Shown one piece after another: positions 8,181 to 18,218 of a DNA stretch of 43,703 nt. Under the pieces are notes generated by a model that had not been told where the DNA came from, ran no database searches, and saw only the letters and a list, made by a program, of their open reading frames with translations. Each line of letters begins with the position of its first letter. Within the stretch, counting starts at the first letter, position 1. The stretch comes from Candidatus Moraniibacteriota bacterium. Lineage in GTDB: Bacteria; Patescibacteriota; Minisyncoccia; Moranbacterales; UBA11712. The position numbers and the translations under genes were made by a program. Where the stretch lies: positions 1 to 43,703 of the forward strand of contig JAPLXD010000013.1 of NCBI GenBank assembly GCA_026396255.1, in the 5' to 3' direction.

Positions 8181-9805
8181 TATTTTATTGCACTCTTAAT
8201 AAACTCTTTGAAAAGTGGATGCGGATGAAGGGGTGAGGATTTGAATTCGGGGTGGAATTGGGTGCCGAGATGGAAGGGATGGGATTTTTTCGGCAGTTCG
8301 GCGATTTCCATCAGGCGGCCGTCGGGTGAGGTGCCGGAAAAAACGAGTCCCGCTTTTTCGAGCCGCGCGATATATTCCGGATTCACTTCCCAGCGATGGC
8401 GATGGCGTTCGGAGATGGACGGGGTTTTGTACGCGCCGAATGCGATAGTATTTTTCTTGAGTTTGGCGGGATAGGCTCCGAGCCGCATCGTCGCGCCATA
8501 GTTCTTGTCGGCGAGATTTTTTTTCTGCTCAGGCATAATGTCGATCACGGGATACTTGTTGTTGCGGTTTATCTCCGTGGTGTTCGCACCTTTCAATTTC
8601 AAAACATTCCGAGCATATTCAATGACGAGAAGCTGCATGCCGTAGCACAATCCGAAATACGGAATCTTGTTTTTGCGGCAAAACTCAATGGCTTTGAGCT
8701 TTCCTTCCACTCCCCGTTCTCCAAATCCGCCCGGCACAAGAATCCCCGCGTATTTTTTGAGCTCCCGGACTTTGGCCGGATTTTTTTCATATTCCTCGGC
8801 GTTCAGCCAGTCAATCTGGGGCTTTCGCTTGAAGGAATAGCAGGCGTGCTTCACGGCTTCGATGACGGAAATGTAGGCGTCAGACAAGACGAAATCACCC
8901 GTTCCGAAATATTTTCCCACAATGCCAATTTTGAGCGGTTTTTGGGAGTTTTTTATATTCTTCACCATGGCTTTCCATTTTATCAGATCCTTTTTTCTCG
9001 GCTTGAGTCCCAATTTTTCCATCAAGATTCCGCTCATATTGTCTTTTTCGAAGTTGACTGGCACTTCATAGACGGACTCGATATCCGGCGCGCTGATGAC
9101 GTCAATTTCGCGAAGATTGCAGTGGTCAGCCAACTTTTCTTTTCTTTTTTTGTCGAGAGCAATGGCGCTGCGGGCAATGATGATGTCCGGCTGGATCCCG
9201 GCGGCATTCAGAGACCGAACCGCATATTGGGTCGGCTTGGTTTTCATTTCTCCGACGGTCGAAGGGACGGGCAGAAAACTCACAAGGACGAAAAGAACAT
9301 CACCCTTGTTTTCAAGGCGCATCATCCGGCCGGCTTCCAAAAACAAGAGCCCTTGGTATTCGCCAAGCGTTCCGCCGATCTCCACAAGCATGATTTCGGC
9401 TTTCGCGCGTTTCTGGGCTTTTTTTATCCTCCGGATGATTTCCTTTGGGACATCCGGAACGACATCCACGCAGCGGCCGCCGTATCCCATGGCCCGTTCC
9501 CGGTCGATGATCGTCTTGTATACCATTCCGTTTGTCATATAGTTTTCCGCCGGCAAAGAAAAATTCATAAACCGTTCATAATTTCCCATATCCTGGTCCG
9601 TTTCCATCCCGCTATCCAAAACGAAAACCTCCCCGTGCTCGGTCGGATTCATTGTTCCCGCGTCAACGTTGAGATAGGGGTCGATTTTCATCGCCGAAAC
9701 GCGAAAACCCTTTGATTGGAGGATATTTCCAATCGAAGATGTGGCGATCCCTTTTCCGACGCCGCTCATCACTCCTCCTACGACGAAAATGTATTTTGGT
9801 TTCAT
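8180..9805 (-). CDS. pyrG: CTP synthase
   Basis: KYIFVVGGVMSGVGKG, KIDPYLNVDAGTM, KTKPTQ, GLCYGMQ, QFHPEF. Confidence 0.98.
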   Translation of the reverse strand: MKPKYIFVVGGVMSGVGKGIATSSIGNILQSKGFRVSAMKIDPYLNVDAGTMNPTEHGEVFVLDSGMETDQDMGNYERFMNFSLPAENYMTNGMVYKTIIDRERAMGYGGRCVDVVPDVPKEIIRRIKKAQKRAKAEIMLVEIGGTLGEYQGLLFLEAGRMMRLENKGDVLFVLVSFLPVPSTVGEMKTKPTQYAVRSLNAAGIQPDIIIARSAIALDKKRKEKLADHCNLREIDVISAPDIESVYEVPVNFEKDNMSGILMEKLGLKPRKKDLIKWKAMVKNIKNSQKPLKIGIVGKYFGTGDFVLSDAYISVIEAVKHACYSFKRKPQIDWLNAEEYEKNPAKVRELKKYAGILVPGGFGERGVEGKLKAIEFCRKNKIPYFGLCYGMQLLVIEYARNVLKLKGANTTEINRNNKYPVIDIMPEQKKNLADKNYGATMRLGAYPAKLKKNTIAFGAYKTPSISERHRHRWEVNPEYIARLEKAGLVFSGTSPDGRLMEIAELPKKSHPFHLGTQFHPEFKSSPLHPHPLFKEFIKSAIK

Positions 9806-9813
9806 GGATGCAG

Positions 9814-9889
9814 ACACGAATTCAACGAACGCGAGACGAATACAACTAAAATTTAGTTGTATTCGTGTTTATATTCGTTGTATTTGTGT
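9814..9889. repeat. Long ACGAAT-type inverted repeat in the pyrG leader
   Basis: Perfect 15-bp arms ACGAATACAACTAAA/TTTAGTTGTATTCGT (9836-9866) plus imperfect outer arms. Confidence 0.75.
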
Positions 9890-9954
9890 TTTTTAAAGAA
9901 AATAGAGGTGAAAAGATATCACCCCTATCCTTGAATTATTAAAAATCTGATACA

Positions 9955-10401
9955 CTAGACTTCTTCCGGTACCAGGATCACTTTGATATTGGCTTCCAGT
10001 CCGTGATCAAGCTCCAGTTTCACGTCATAGTCGCCGACCTCTTTGATCGGTTCTTCCAGTTTCACGTTTTTCGGATCAATTTTCAAACCTTCGTCCGCAA
10101 AAGTTTTGGCAATTGTTTTTTCATTGACTGATCCGAAAAGCGTCCCGTCTTTTTCCTTGACCTTGATAAATAGTTCTCTTCCGTCAAGCTGCTCGGCAAT
10201 TTTTTGGACCTCTGCCAGCTCAATCTGGTCTGACTTTGTCTTCTTTTCTTTTTTCAATTCGACTTCCTGAACGGCTTGTTCCGTCGCCGGTTTGACAAAA
10301 TTTTGCGGAATCAGAAAATTCCGGGCATAGCCTTCGGCTACCTCTTTGATTTCTCCCTCCCTGCCGAGTTTTTCGACATCCTTGAGCAAGACTACTTTCA
10401 T
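9955..10401 (-). CDS. rplI: 50S ribosomal protein L9
   Basis: [27 protein letters not shown]. Confidence 0.97.
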   Translation of the reverse strand: MKVVLLKDVEKLGREGEIKEVAEGYARNFLIPQNFVKPATEQAVQEVELKKEKKTKSDQIELAEVQKIAEQLDGRELFIKVKEKDGTLFGSVNEKTIAKTFADEGLKIDPKNVKLEEPIKEVGDYDVKLELDHGLEANIKVILVPEEV

Positions 10402-10440
10402 ATCCTAATTATAATTTAATATTATTTTTGTGTCTATCCC

Positions 10441-11697
10441 CTACTTTATTTCTCCCCGGACGACCTCAAGCGCCTTGTCCATTTGCGGGTCGCGGTTGTT
10501 GTTGTAATCAGCGTCAGTGAGGTCGACATCAATGGTGGGATCGATGCCTTTTTCCATTATATAATCGCCGTTTGGAGTGAGCCAGCGGGCAATGGTGACG
10601 CGCAAATTCGATCCCCCGGAAAGCTTTTCAAGTTCCTGGACTGATCCCTTTCCGAATGTTTTTTTGCCGATTAGGGAAGTCCCCAGATCATCCCGCAATG
10701 CGCCGCCGGTGATTTCCGAGGCACTGGCGCTCCCGCTGTTCACGAGAACGGTCACGGGTATGCCGTTCAAAATATCGCCTCCGCGGGCATCGTATTCCTT
10801 TTTGCCTCCTCCGCGTTCCTCTTCGGAAACAACCACTTTTCCGGCCGGAATGAATTTTGAGGACACTTCAACCGCTGCCTCCAAATATCCCCCGGGATTG
10901 TTGCGCAGATCAAGGATGATGCCCTTGGCTTTTTGCGATACGACTTGGCTGGCAATTTGGTTCATTCCTGAAATAGTATCATCTCCAAATTCCGAAATCT
11001 TGATAACAGCGATGTTGTTGTCCTTCCATTCCAAGGTGACGCTTTTCACATTGATCTGATCGCGGGTGATTTTTACTTCGACCGGATTATTGCTTTTGTC
11101 GTGCAGAATCGTGAGAGAAATGTCCGTTCCTTTCGGTCCGCGAATTGTGCTTACGGCTTCGTCGATGGTCATATCGGTCGTGAGCTTGTCGCCGACTTTC
11201 AATATTTTGTCGCCCGCTTTGAGTCCGGCTTTTTCGGCGGGTGAACCAGCGAGCGGGGAAATAACGGTCAGAATATCGTTTTTCATCCCGATTTCCACGC
11301 CGATTCCCTCGAATGTTCCTCCAAGCTGTTGAGAAAATTGCTGGCTTTCCGCGGGATCCATGAAACTCGAAAATGGGTCGCCGATTGATTTCACCATCCC
11401 GGAAATTGCGCCATAGATCATTTTTTGATGGTCAATCTTTGTCGTGTCGACATACTTGTCATTGAGCAGGTTCCAGGCTTCCCAGAAAAGGCTGAAATCG
11501 ACGTTTTGAGGCTGATCTTTGCCGCTTCCTTTCGCCAGCAGGCTTTCAATGGTGTTTGAGCTGGCAGATTTTGAAGATAAATGCTTGTCATAAAAAGTGC
11601 CCGCGAAGAAACTGACACACACAAGTATGACAATAGCAAACGTTTTGAAATAACTTCGGATTTTTTTTGGCTTTTGGCTGCTGGTCTCTGGTTCCAT
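10441..11697 (-). CDS. ctpA: S41 family carboxyl-terminal processing protease with PDZ domain
   Basis: GIGVEI, DLRNNPGG, SASASEI, TFGKGSVQ; start uncertain (ATG 11697 or TTG 11718). Confidence 0.92.
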   Translation of the reverse strand: MEPETSSQKPKKIRSYFKTFAIVILVCVSFFAGTFYDKHLSSKSASSNTIESLLAKGSGKDQPQNVDFSLFWEAWNLLNDKYVDTTKIDHQKMIYGAISGMVKSIGDPFSSFMDPAESQQFSQQLGGTFEGIGVEIGMKNDILTVISPLAGSPAEKAGLKAGDKILKVGDKLTTDMTIDEAVSTIRGPKGTDISLTILHDKSNNPVEVKITRDQINVKSVTLEWKDNNIAVIKISEFGDDTISGMNQIASQVVSQKAKGIILDLRNNPGGYLEAAVEVSSKFIPAGKVVVSEEERGGGKKEYDARGGDILNGIPVTVLVNSGSASASEITGGALRDDLGTSLIGKKTFGKGSVQELEKLSGGSNLRVTIARWLTPNGDYIMEKGIDPTIDVDLTDADYNNNRDPQMDKALEVVRGEIK

Positions 11698-11720
11698 ATT
11701 GATAGGCTTTAAGTTCAAAA

Positions 11721-12548
11721 TTAATTATTTTCGACATGCGGGTTTGGCTTTCCTCTATATTTCCAAAAATATTTCATTACACTCTGGATATGGTTTCTCG
11801 TTAGTCTATTGAATGCGGCTTTCAGGAGGCCTTGGCTGGCGGATCCCTTTCGATGATAGTGAAACATTTGCGCAAAAGGATAATACATAACCTTATACTT
11901 ATTTTCCCAAAACCGCCTGCACCAATCAACATCTTCAAAATACATAAAGAAAGTTCTGTCCATCAACCCAACTTTTCCAACAGCTTTTCTCGAAGTCATC
12001 ATTGCGGATCCCATAACCCAGTCCACGTCCATCGGCTTATCGTGATCTCTGCCTTTATACAAAAAATAATTTATTCTTTTTTGAGCAAATTTTAGTTTCC
12101 CTAAAAATGTTCTTCGATACAAAATTATCAACGGAGTATAAAATCTGAAGCAGGAAAATTGGAATTTGCCGTCAAAATTCAACAGCTTCGGACCAATGAT
12201 TCCAACCGTTGGGTTGTTTTTCAAATATTCAAGCAAAATATCCGCGGATTTGTTCTTTATTACGATATCATCGTTCAGAATAAGATAATAGCTCCCTTTT
12301 GCATGCTCAATTCCTTCGTTTACCAATCCCAAAAAACCGAGATTGTCCTTATGGGGAAAAAATCTAATCTCCGAAAAATCTTCGCGCATCATCATTTCCA
12401 AATCTTCCTCCGTGGAGCTGTCGAGGACTAAAATTTCATAATTGTCGCAAAGAACGTTTTTTTTGAGCGATTCGAGGCAAAGCCGCAGTACAGCCGGATT
12501 TTTGTAGCTGGTTATTATTATGGATAACTCCGGATTTCGGCTGTTCAT
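11721..12548 (-). CDS. GT2 glycosyltransferase (WbbL/rhamnosyltransferase-like)
   Basis: LSIIITSY, LILNDD, VDWVMGS, FFMYFEDVDWC. Confidence 0.9.
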   Translation of the reverse strand: MNSRNPELSIIITSYKNPAVLRLCLESLKKNVLCDNYEILVLDSSTEEDLEMMMREDFSEIRFFPHKDNLGFLGLVNEGIEHAKGSYYLILNDDIVIKNKSADILLEYLKNNPTVGIIGPKLLNFDGKFQFSCFRFYTPLIILYRRTFLGKLKFAQKRINYFLYKGRDHDKPMDVDWVMGSAMMTSRKAVGKVGLMDRTFFMYFEDVDWCRRFWENKYKVMYYPFAQMFHYHRKGSASQGLLKAAFNRLTRNHIQSVMKYFWKYRGKPNPHVENN

Positions 12549-12550
12549 TA

Positions 12551-13606
12551 TTATTGAAAAATATTTCGACAGGCTTCGCGGATCTTGTCATAGTTTCCGC
12601 CGGCGGGCAGCAATATATATGTTTTTCCGTCCGGCGTATCGGCTTTTGAGGCGTTAAGCAAACCTTCAGAAGACGTATCGAAAACTTTCTGTTTTATCTG
12701 GGGATCATGCAGATTGTTGGCCAAATCAAAAAACTTTTTCATTTCGGATGCGTCCATATCCGCCCGGACGTCATCTCCCAAGATATTCAAAATATTGTTC
12801 ACTTTTCCAAAGTCGGAAAGCGTTCCAATGCTCAGCATTTTGTCCTTGAGGGCGATCAAAACCTGTTGCTGGCGCTTAGCTCTTTCAAAATCGGACGAAG
12901 CGTAGCGTGCCCGGGTGAAGAAAAGCGCTTTTGATCCGTCAAGATGATTTTTTCCGGCCGGAAGGGAAAAATTGGCCGCTTCCTCGCCTTCAAACTGCTT
13001 CGGTTCGGAAAAAGGCTGGTCGAGATACACGTCTACGCCTCCCAGTTTGTCTATAAGCTCCGTAAAGCCCTTAAAATCAATTCTCACGACGTAGTGCATT
13101 TGAAGACCCGTCACATCGCTCACAACCTGCTTCATCATTTCCATACCTTTTCCGTCATCTTTTCCTTCGTATAGTGCATTGATGGCGTTTATTTTGCTTT
13201 GGCTGGAAGATCCCGGATCCTGGACATAGAGATCCCGAGGAACCGAAATGAGAGCCACCTTGTTTTCCTGCGGCCGGATAGCTGCCACCATGATCGAGTC
13301 AGCCAAAAGTCCTCCGCCCGGCATATTACTTCCGCGCATACCGAGGAGAAGGACGTTTATCTGTCCCTGGTTTTGTCCCTGCAGCTGGCCTGATGGGACG
13401 CCGGGGATGCTTTTCCAAAGGCTTGAAAAAAATCCATCTTTCGTTGAAATTTTGCTCAAAGTTGTTCCGGTCTTATACATTGCCCACCCGCCGGTTGCCG
13501 CTCCAAGAATCAAAATAACAAGCAAAACCTTAATCCAAATTTTCTGGTAGAATCTTTTTTTGCGGTTTGAACCGCTCGCTGATTTTGATCTTGAAAAAAT
13601 CCCCAT
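12551..13606 (-). CDS. LytR-CpsA-Psr (LCP) family glycopolymer transferase
   Basis: TM anchor, INVLLLG, ADSIMV, SVPRDLYV, KINA, RARY..SDFERAKRQQQV. Confidence 0.93.
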   Translation of the reverse strand: MGIFSRSKSASGSNRKKRFYQKIWIKVLLVILILGAATGGWAMYKTGTTLSKISTKDGFFSSLWKSIPGVPSGQLQGQNQGQINVLLLGMRGSNMPGGGLLADSIMVAAIRPQENKVALISVPRDLYVQDPGSSSQSKINAINALYEGKDDGKGMEMMKQVVSDVTGLQMHYVVRIDFKGFTELIDKLGGVDVYLDQPFSEPKQFEGEEAANFSLPAGKNHLDGSKALFFTRARYASSDFERAKRQQQVLIALKDKMLSIGTLSDFGKVNNILNILGDDVRADMDASEMKKFFDLANNLHDPQIKQKVFDTSSEGLLNASKADTPDGKTYILLPAGGNYDKIREACRNIFQ

Positions 13607-13691
13607 AAATATTGAATACAAACAAAAAGAGGCGGATTGAAATCCTCAATGAGTATAGTATACCATTTTCCGATTGGCAATACAAAAAAAT

Positions 13692-14855
13692 TCAGCTCGC
13701 AAGACTGGAGTAAATCTTCAATATTTTTTCCGCGTTTTTTTGCCAGGTGTAAGTTTTGGCGACTTCAGTCCCCTTTTTGATCAAATTCTTTCGCAGATTT
13801 TCGTCTGACAAAATTTCTTGGATTTTTCGGGCGAATTCTTCGGATTTTTTCGGATCGCAAAATAGCGCTGCGTCCTTGCCGATCTCGCGAAGAACCGGAA
13901 TGTCAGAGCAGACAACCGGCGTCTCGGCGGCCATGGCTTCGATGATTGGAATTCCAAAGCCTTCGTATAGTGATGGAAAAACAAAGCAGCTTGCCAGTTT
14001 GAACAAAGCCGGCTTGTCTTCCTCGTCGATCCAGCCGGGGAAAATAATTTTGTCTTCGAGATGAAATTTTTCAATTGCCTCGTCGATTTTCGGATCAAAA
14101 TTACGCGCCTTGCGGTTTCCGGCGAGAATAAGAGGAGTATCCAAATCTCTCATTGCCTCAATCAAAACAGGAATATTTTTTCTCGGCTGAAGCGTGCCTA
14201 TATATAGTATGTATTTTGTATCTGGTATTTTGTATCTGGTATTGATTTTTTTGATTTCATCAGTAGAATATTTTTTGTTAAATCGGCTAAAGTCTACTCC
14301 ATTGTACGCGCAAGCAACTTTTTCCGGAGGAATTTTGTAAAATTCAACGATATTTTTTTTCTCACTTTCTGAGACAGCGATAATCTTGTTTGCCCTGCGA
14401 ATACTTCTCGGAATCAAATTTCTCAAAAAAAACAAATCGGATTTCCGGATATATTCAGGAAAATAATTGAAAGAAATATCGTGGATGGTCAAAACCAGTT
14501 TGATTTCCGCCTCTCCGGCGGATCGCCGATGAGGCGATTTCGGCAGCCAAAACGGCGCGATGTATTGCGTATGAAAAACATCAACGGTATTTTTTTTGAG
14601 ATAATGCGGGAGTGCCCACAAATTCCACCAAAAACGGTTGGGGCAGTTGATAAAAATAACTTTGAAATTGTCGGCTAGTTTCAATTTATCAATTTCGGTT
14701 TTTAGCTCTTGATTCTTTTGGGGGTCTCGGTCGGTGAAGAGAAAATATTCATTTTTGCTATCCATTTCCGCCAAGTTTTTCACCAAATTGAAAAACACCG
14801 CTTCATCGCCGGTTCTTTTTTTGCCGATCATTCGGATATCAATGCCGATTTTCAT
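13692..14855 (-). CDS. GT4 glycosyltransferase
   Basis: MKIGIDIR start, TIHD, GTLQPRKN, PSLYEGFGIPIIEAMA; carries two repeat-derived inserts. Confidence 0.92.
   Translation of the reverse strand: MKIGIDIRMIGKKRTGDEAVFFNLVKNLAEMDSKNEYFLFTDRDPQKNQELKTEIDKLKLADNFKVIFINCPNRFWWNLWALPHYLKKNTVDVFHTQYIAPFWLPKSPHRRSAGEAEIKLVLTIHDISFNYFPEYIRKSDLFFLRNLIPRSIRRANKIIAVSESEKKNIVEFYKIPPEKVACAYNGVDFSRFNKKYSTDEIKKINTRYKIPDTKYILYIGTLQPRKNIPVLIEAMRDLDTPLILAGNRKARNFDPKIDEAIEKFHLEDKIIFPGWIDEEDKPALFKLASCFVFPSLYEGFGIPIIEAMAAETPVVCSDIPVLREIGKDAALFCDPKKSEEFARKIQEILSDENLRKNLIKKGTEVAKTYTWQKNAEKILKIYSSLAS
14211..14243. repeat. Heptamer array inside the GT4 coding sequence
   Basis: GTATTTT GTATCTG GTATTTT GTATCTG GTATT; same unit as 734-814. 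Confidence 0.75.
14506..14537. repeat. 32-nt double-hairpin element inside the GT4 coding sequence
   Basis: TCCGCC-N5-GGCGGA TCGCC-N5-GGCGA; same architecture as 36605-36636. Confidence 0.8.
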
Positions 14856-14875
14856 AGTTTTTTCGCTCGCTTTCT

Positions 14876-16489
14876 TTATTGCTTTATATAAATAAAACTT
14901 ACAAGTATTCCTATTCCCAGCCAAAGCAGTCCCATCAGGAGTCCGGCGTTGAACAAATTTGGAATTATCAGCGCGAATATTCCAAGTGTCAGAAATATGT
15001 TGAGCGATTTTTCGAGATCGTCTCCCGCGACCGGGCAGCCGAAAAATTTGTTCAGTGGGCAGATCGGAGAAATTCTTCGGAAAGCATAAACAAATAAATA
15101 ACCGAAAATAACCACAAACGCAATCAATCCCAAAATCCCGCAACTCGCCCAGATTTGGAGAAAGATATTGCTTTCATTGAGTCCCGCTCCTCGCTCATCG
15201 GAGCCGAGCGACTGGGTGATTGTTCCAAATCCCACGCCGAGAAGCGGATGTTCGCGAATGATCTCAAAACTTTTTTTGTAGATTTGGCTGCGAGTCATCA
15301 CATTCGGATCTTTGCGGAAAATTTCAGTGACAACTTTTCCTTGCGATTTATACAACTCAATTTCTTCGAGGTTGATGAACTTGCAACTGTAGCTTGCCAA
15401 TTCGTCGGTGCTGGCGATTGTTGGCGGAATGTTCGAACTGCTGTCGCAGGCAACGGTGATCTTTTGCTCGTTGGTTGCGGCGGATCGAGCGCGGTCAAAT
15501 ATGTCGAATTTGGAAAGTTTTCCAAAATGAATCGCGGCGAGAGAGATCAAGGAAAGTAAAATAATTATCGTCAAATTATAGGCAAATTTTCGGAGCGTAA
15601 AGCTTGTTCTGATTTCGCTTTTTCTGTACAAACTGAAAACGAGCCAGAAGAAAATGACTGCGGCGGCGCCAATCCAGGCGGAACGGGAAAGCGTGAGGGT
15701 TAGCAAGGTTAAATTGAGAAATATCATTATATATAAGGCATATTTGGCTATTGTGGTCTTCGCTTTGGATAATGTCATCAAAAAGAGAATAGCCAGCGCG
15801 AAACACAAAAAAATTCCCAGCCAATCGGCTTCGGTGAAAGTGGAATTGGGACGGCCGAACATCACTTCAAGTGAACGCGCGCCGAATTTGTCGGCGAAGA
15901 CCTGCCAAAATCCATAGAATATCACGACCAAATTTGAGCCAATGAAAAAATACGCGGCCTCAATGAAATCTTTTCTATCACGCAAAAAATTGCGAGCGAT
16001 ATAATAAAGGACAGCAAAAGAAAATAAAATTAAATCAATTTTCAGGCTGATATTTTTATTTGGGGAATTTACGAGAGACAAAAAACTCAACGGCACGAGT
16101 AAAAAAATGAGCCAATCAAGCCAAGTTGGTTTCAGAAACTGGAAATTCAATCTTTTGACAAACCAAAGGATGATAACGGCGATGGCGAGAATCGCACCCG
16201 CAAACTGATACGGCCGCAATTGGATCGGCAAAAATCCCGAAGCGAAAATCACATTCTCGAGCGGCACGAGCGAAACGAAAAGCAAAAATATCCATCGCGG
16301 GCGGTACAACGCGACCAGAAGTGTGAGAATTGAAATGAAAACAAAATCCCCTGTTCCGAGAGGCAGCTTGCTCTTGTTTTGCAAAACAATCAGCGCCAAT
16401 CCCAGCAGCACGCTGAAAATCCAGAGGATGGAAACCTCCTTCTTGAGGATATTTTTTATATTTTCGAAAAAGTTTTCAAAACTATCCAT
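14876..16489 (-). CDS. O-antigen ligase/polymerase (Wzy_C/WaaL-like) membrane protein
   Basis: Many TM helices, RPNSTF.E, TLSRSAWIG, R.QIY, HPLLGVGFG, SNIFLQIW. Confidence 0.85.
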   Translation of the reverse strand: MDSFENFFENIKNILKKEVSILWIFSVLLGLALIVLQNKSKLPLGTGDFVFISILTLLVALYRPRWIFLLFVSLVPLENVIFASGFLPIQLRPYQFAGAILAIAVIILWFVKRLNFQFLKPTWLDWLIFLLVPLSFLSLVNSPNKNISLKIDLILFSFAVLYYIARNFLRDRKDFIEAAYFFIGSNLVVIFYGFWQVFADKFGARSLEVMFGRPNSTFTEADWLGIFLCFALAILFLMTLSKAKTTIAKYALYIMIFLNLTLLTLTLSRSAWIGAAAVIFFWLVFSLYRKSEIRTSFTLRKFAYNLTIIILLSLISLAAIHFGKLSKFDIFDRARSAATNEQKITVACDSSSNIPPTIASTDELASYSCKFINLEEIELYKSQGKVVTEIFRKDPNVMTRSQIYKKSFEIIREHPLLGVGFGTITQSLGSDERGAGLNESNIFLQIWASCGILGLIAFVVIFGYLFVYAFRRISPICPLNKFFGCPVAGDDLEKSLNIFLTLGIFALIIPNLFNAGLLMGLLWLGIGILVSFIYIKQ

Positions 16490-17000
16490 GGTTTCTGAAA
16501 ATTTCAATTGTCCTTTTTATTTCCTCATCAATGCCTTTTATGCAGTTATAATTTGCAAGCTCTTTCTCATTCACCCAGGCGAAATCTGAGAAATCATGAG
16601 GATTGGGCGTGACATCTCCGCTTTTGTACTTCGCCGCGAATTTGACGAGGATTACCGGGATTCCGTCGGGGCGGACGAAAGCGACGCTGTTGATATAGCA
16701 TAACTTATTTTCAATCTCGATTCCCGCTTCCTCCCGGGTTTCCCTCGCCACCAAATCTTCGACGGCGTTTTCAAAATCGATCACGTCGCCGTTCATCCGG
16801 GTCGGATGCGCGAGATCCATATCCTTCCATTCCAATTTCCCGCCGGGCATGGCGTATTTCCCTGGGTGGACTTTTTCCCGTTCGCTGCGCTTCAAGATCA
16901 AACATCTTCCGTCAGATTCGCGATAGACAACCACATTGGCAACAAAATAAAATAGTTTGTCTTTTTTCGCGTTGTCGATTGAAATTTCAGGCGCCGGCAT
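16482..17000 (-). CDS. NUDIX hydrolase
   Basis: LILKRS, PGGKLE...RETREEAGI Nudix box with an insertion. Confidence 0.85.
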   Translation of the reverse strand: MPAPEISIDNAKKDKLFYFVANVVVYRESDGRCLILKRSEREKVHPGKYAMPGGKLEWKDMDLAHPTRMNGDVIDFENAVEDLVARETREEAGIEIENKLCYINSVAFVRPDGIPVILVKFAAKYKSGDVTPNPHDFSDFAWVNEKELANYNCIKGIDEEIKRTIEIFRNHG

Positions 17001-17001
17001 A

Positions 17002-18129
17002 TTATTTTTCAAAAAATTTTTCCACAAAACTTTTCCAACTGAATTTTTTGGCGCGTCCAACTCCCTTTTCGGCGAGTCGCAGACGCAATTTGTTGTTTCG
17101 CAAAACTTTTCCCATCACTCGGGCCATTTCGTCTGTGTCGTGCGGATTGAAATACAAGACCGCGTCGCCGCCGACCTCAGGCAGTGAGGAATTCTTGGAG
17201 ATGGCGGTTGGCGCGCCGCTGGCCATGGCTTCGAGTGGCATCAGGCCGAATCCTTCATATAGTGACGGCAAGACAAATAGTTCGCAATTTCGATACAGAG
17301 CCGGCAAATCTTTTTGCTTCACAAATCCGATCAGGCTCACTTTGTCAGCTATCCCCAATTTTTCTGCTTCTTTCTTTGCATCTGTGAACAATTTGCTGAA
17401 TTGAGATTTGGCTTCTCCTCCAAGCACCAACTTGATGTCGGAAACTTCATAGTTTTCCAAAAGCCTTGCAAATGCTTCCAAAAGTCCTGGAACATTTTTT
17501 CGAAAATCAAATCCGCCTATATAGAAAACATAGCGGCCGAAAATGCCATATTTTTCAATAATCTGGTTGTCTTTTTCGCTGGATGATTTTTCAAAAAATT
17601 CTTCCCCAATGCTTGGATAAGCCGTTTTTATTTTGCCGAGCGGGATATCCAGGAACTTGTGGATATCTTTTTTTGACCACTCGGAAACAGTGATGATTTC
17701 ATCCGCGTGTTGGATGGCTTTTTGCGTCAGGAAAAAATAGAATTTTTTTCGTGAATTGTCGAGATAGTCCGGGAATATTTTCGGAATCAGGTCATGGACA
17801 AGCATCTTATGCCGGATATTTTTCGGCAAGAAGGTCGGACATTGGTAGAGAGAAATGAGCATATCGCACTGATCCCGTTTGACATATTTGGGCAAAAGGA
17901 ATTTTTCCCACCAGATTTTTCTGATCAGGTCATCGCGTTTCCAGACTGGCAGAAATATCCGCTTGTGGAAATTTTTTGGCAGTTTGAAATCAATAGCATC
18001 CTCCAAATAAAAAAAGTATTCATTTTGGTCAGAATGATTTTTGACTATTTCAGAGATGAATCCCCTTGTCACTTGGCCGATCCCGGTGTCAGGTTTTCGC
18101 AAAAAAGAAGCATTTATCCCAATTCGCAT
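17002..18129 (-). CDS. GT4 glycosyltransferase
   Basis: MRIGINA, VHDLIP, GGFDFRKN, PSLYEGFGLMPLEAMA. Confidence 0.92.
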   Translation of the reverse strand: MRIGINASFLRKPDTGIGQVTRGFISEIVKNHSDQNEYFFYLEDAIDFKLPKNFHKRIFLPVWKRDDLIRKIWWEKFLLPKYVKRDQCDMLISLYQCPTFLPKNIRHKMLVHDLIPKIFPDYLDNSRKKFYFFLTQKAIQHADEIITVSEWSKKDIHKFLDIPLGKIKTAYPSIGEEFFEKSSSEKDNQIIEKYGIFGRYVFYIGGFDFRKNVPGLLEAFARLLENYEVSDIKLVLGGEAKSQFSKLFTDAKKEAEKLGIADKVSLIGFVKQKDLPALYRNCELFVLPSLYEGFGLMPLEAMASGAPTAISKNSSLPEVGGDAVLYFNPHDTDEMARVMGKVLRNNKLRLRLAEKGVGRAKKFSWKSFVEKFFEK

Positions 18130-18218
18130 ATTTGAATTCTACAACAAATGTTTGATTAAAACAAATTATTTTGCTAGTATATATCCAGTGTTTAAGCCTA
18201 AATAATATAGCCAATTTT

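Noticed and set aside
8396-9715. Long antisense ORFs (439 aa opposite pyrG, 302 aa opposite glyA and similar)
   Set aside because: Shadows of well-conserved genes, explained by codon bias; no motifs.
14856-15143. N-terminal extensions in the ORF track (GT4, iscU, ftsE, lepA, DUF5652-like, rhodanese)
   Set aside because: They overlap neighbouring genes, tRNA or repeats; family-typical N-termini begin at later ATGs.
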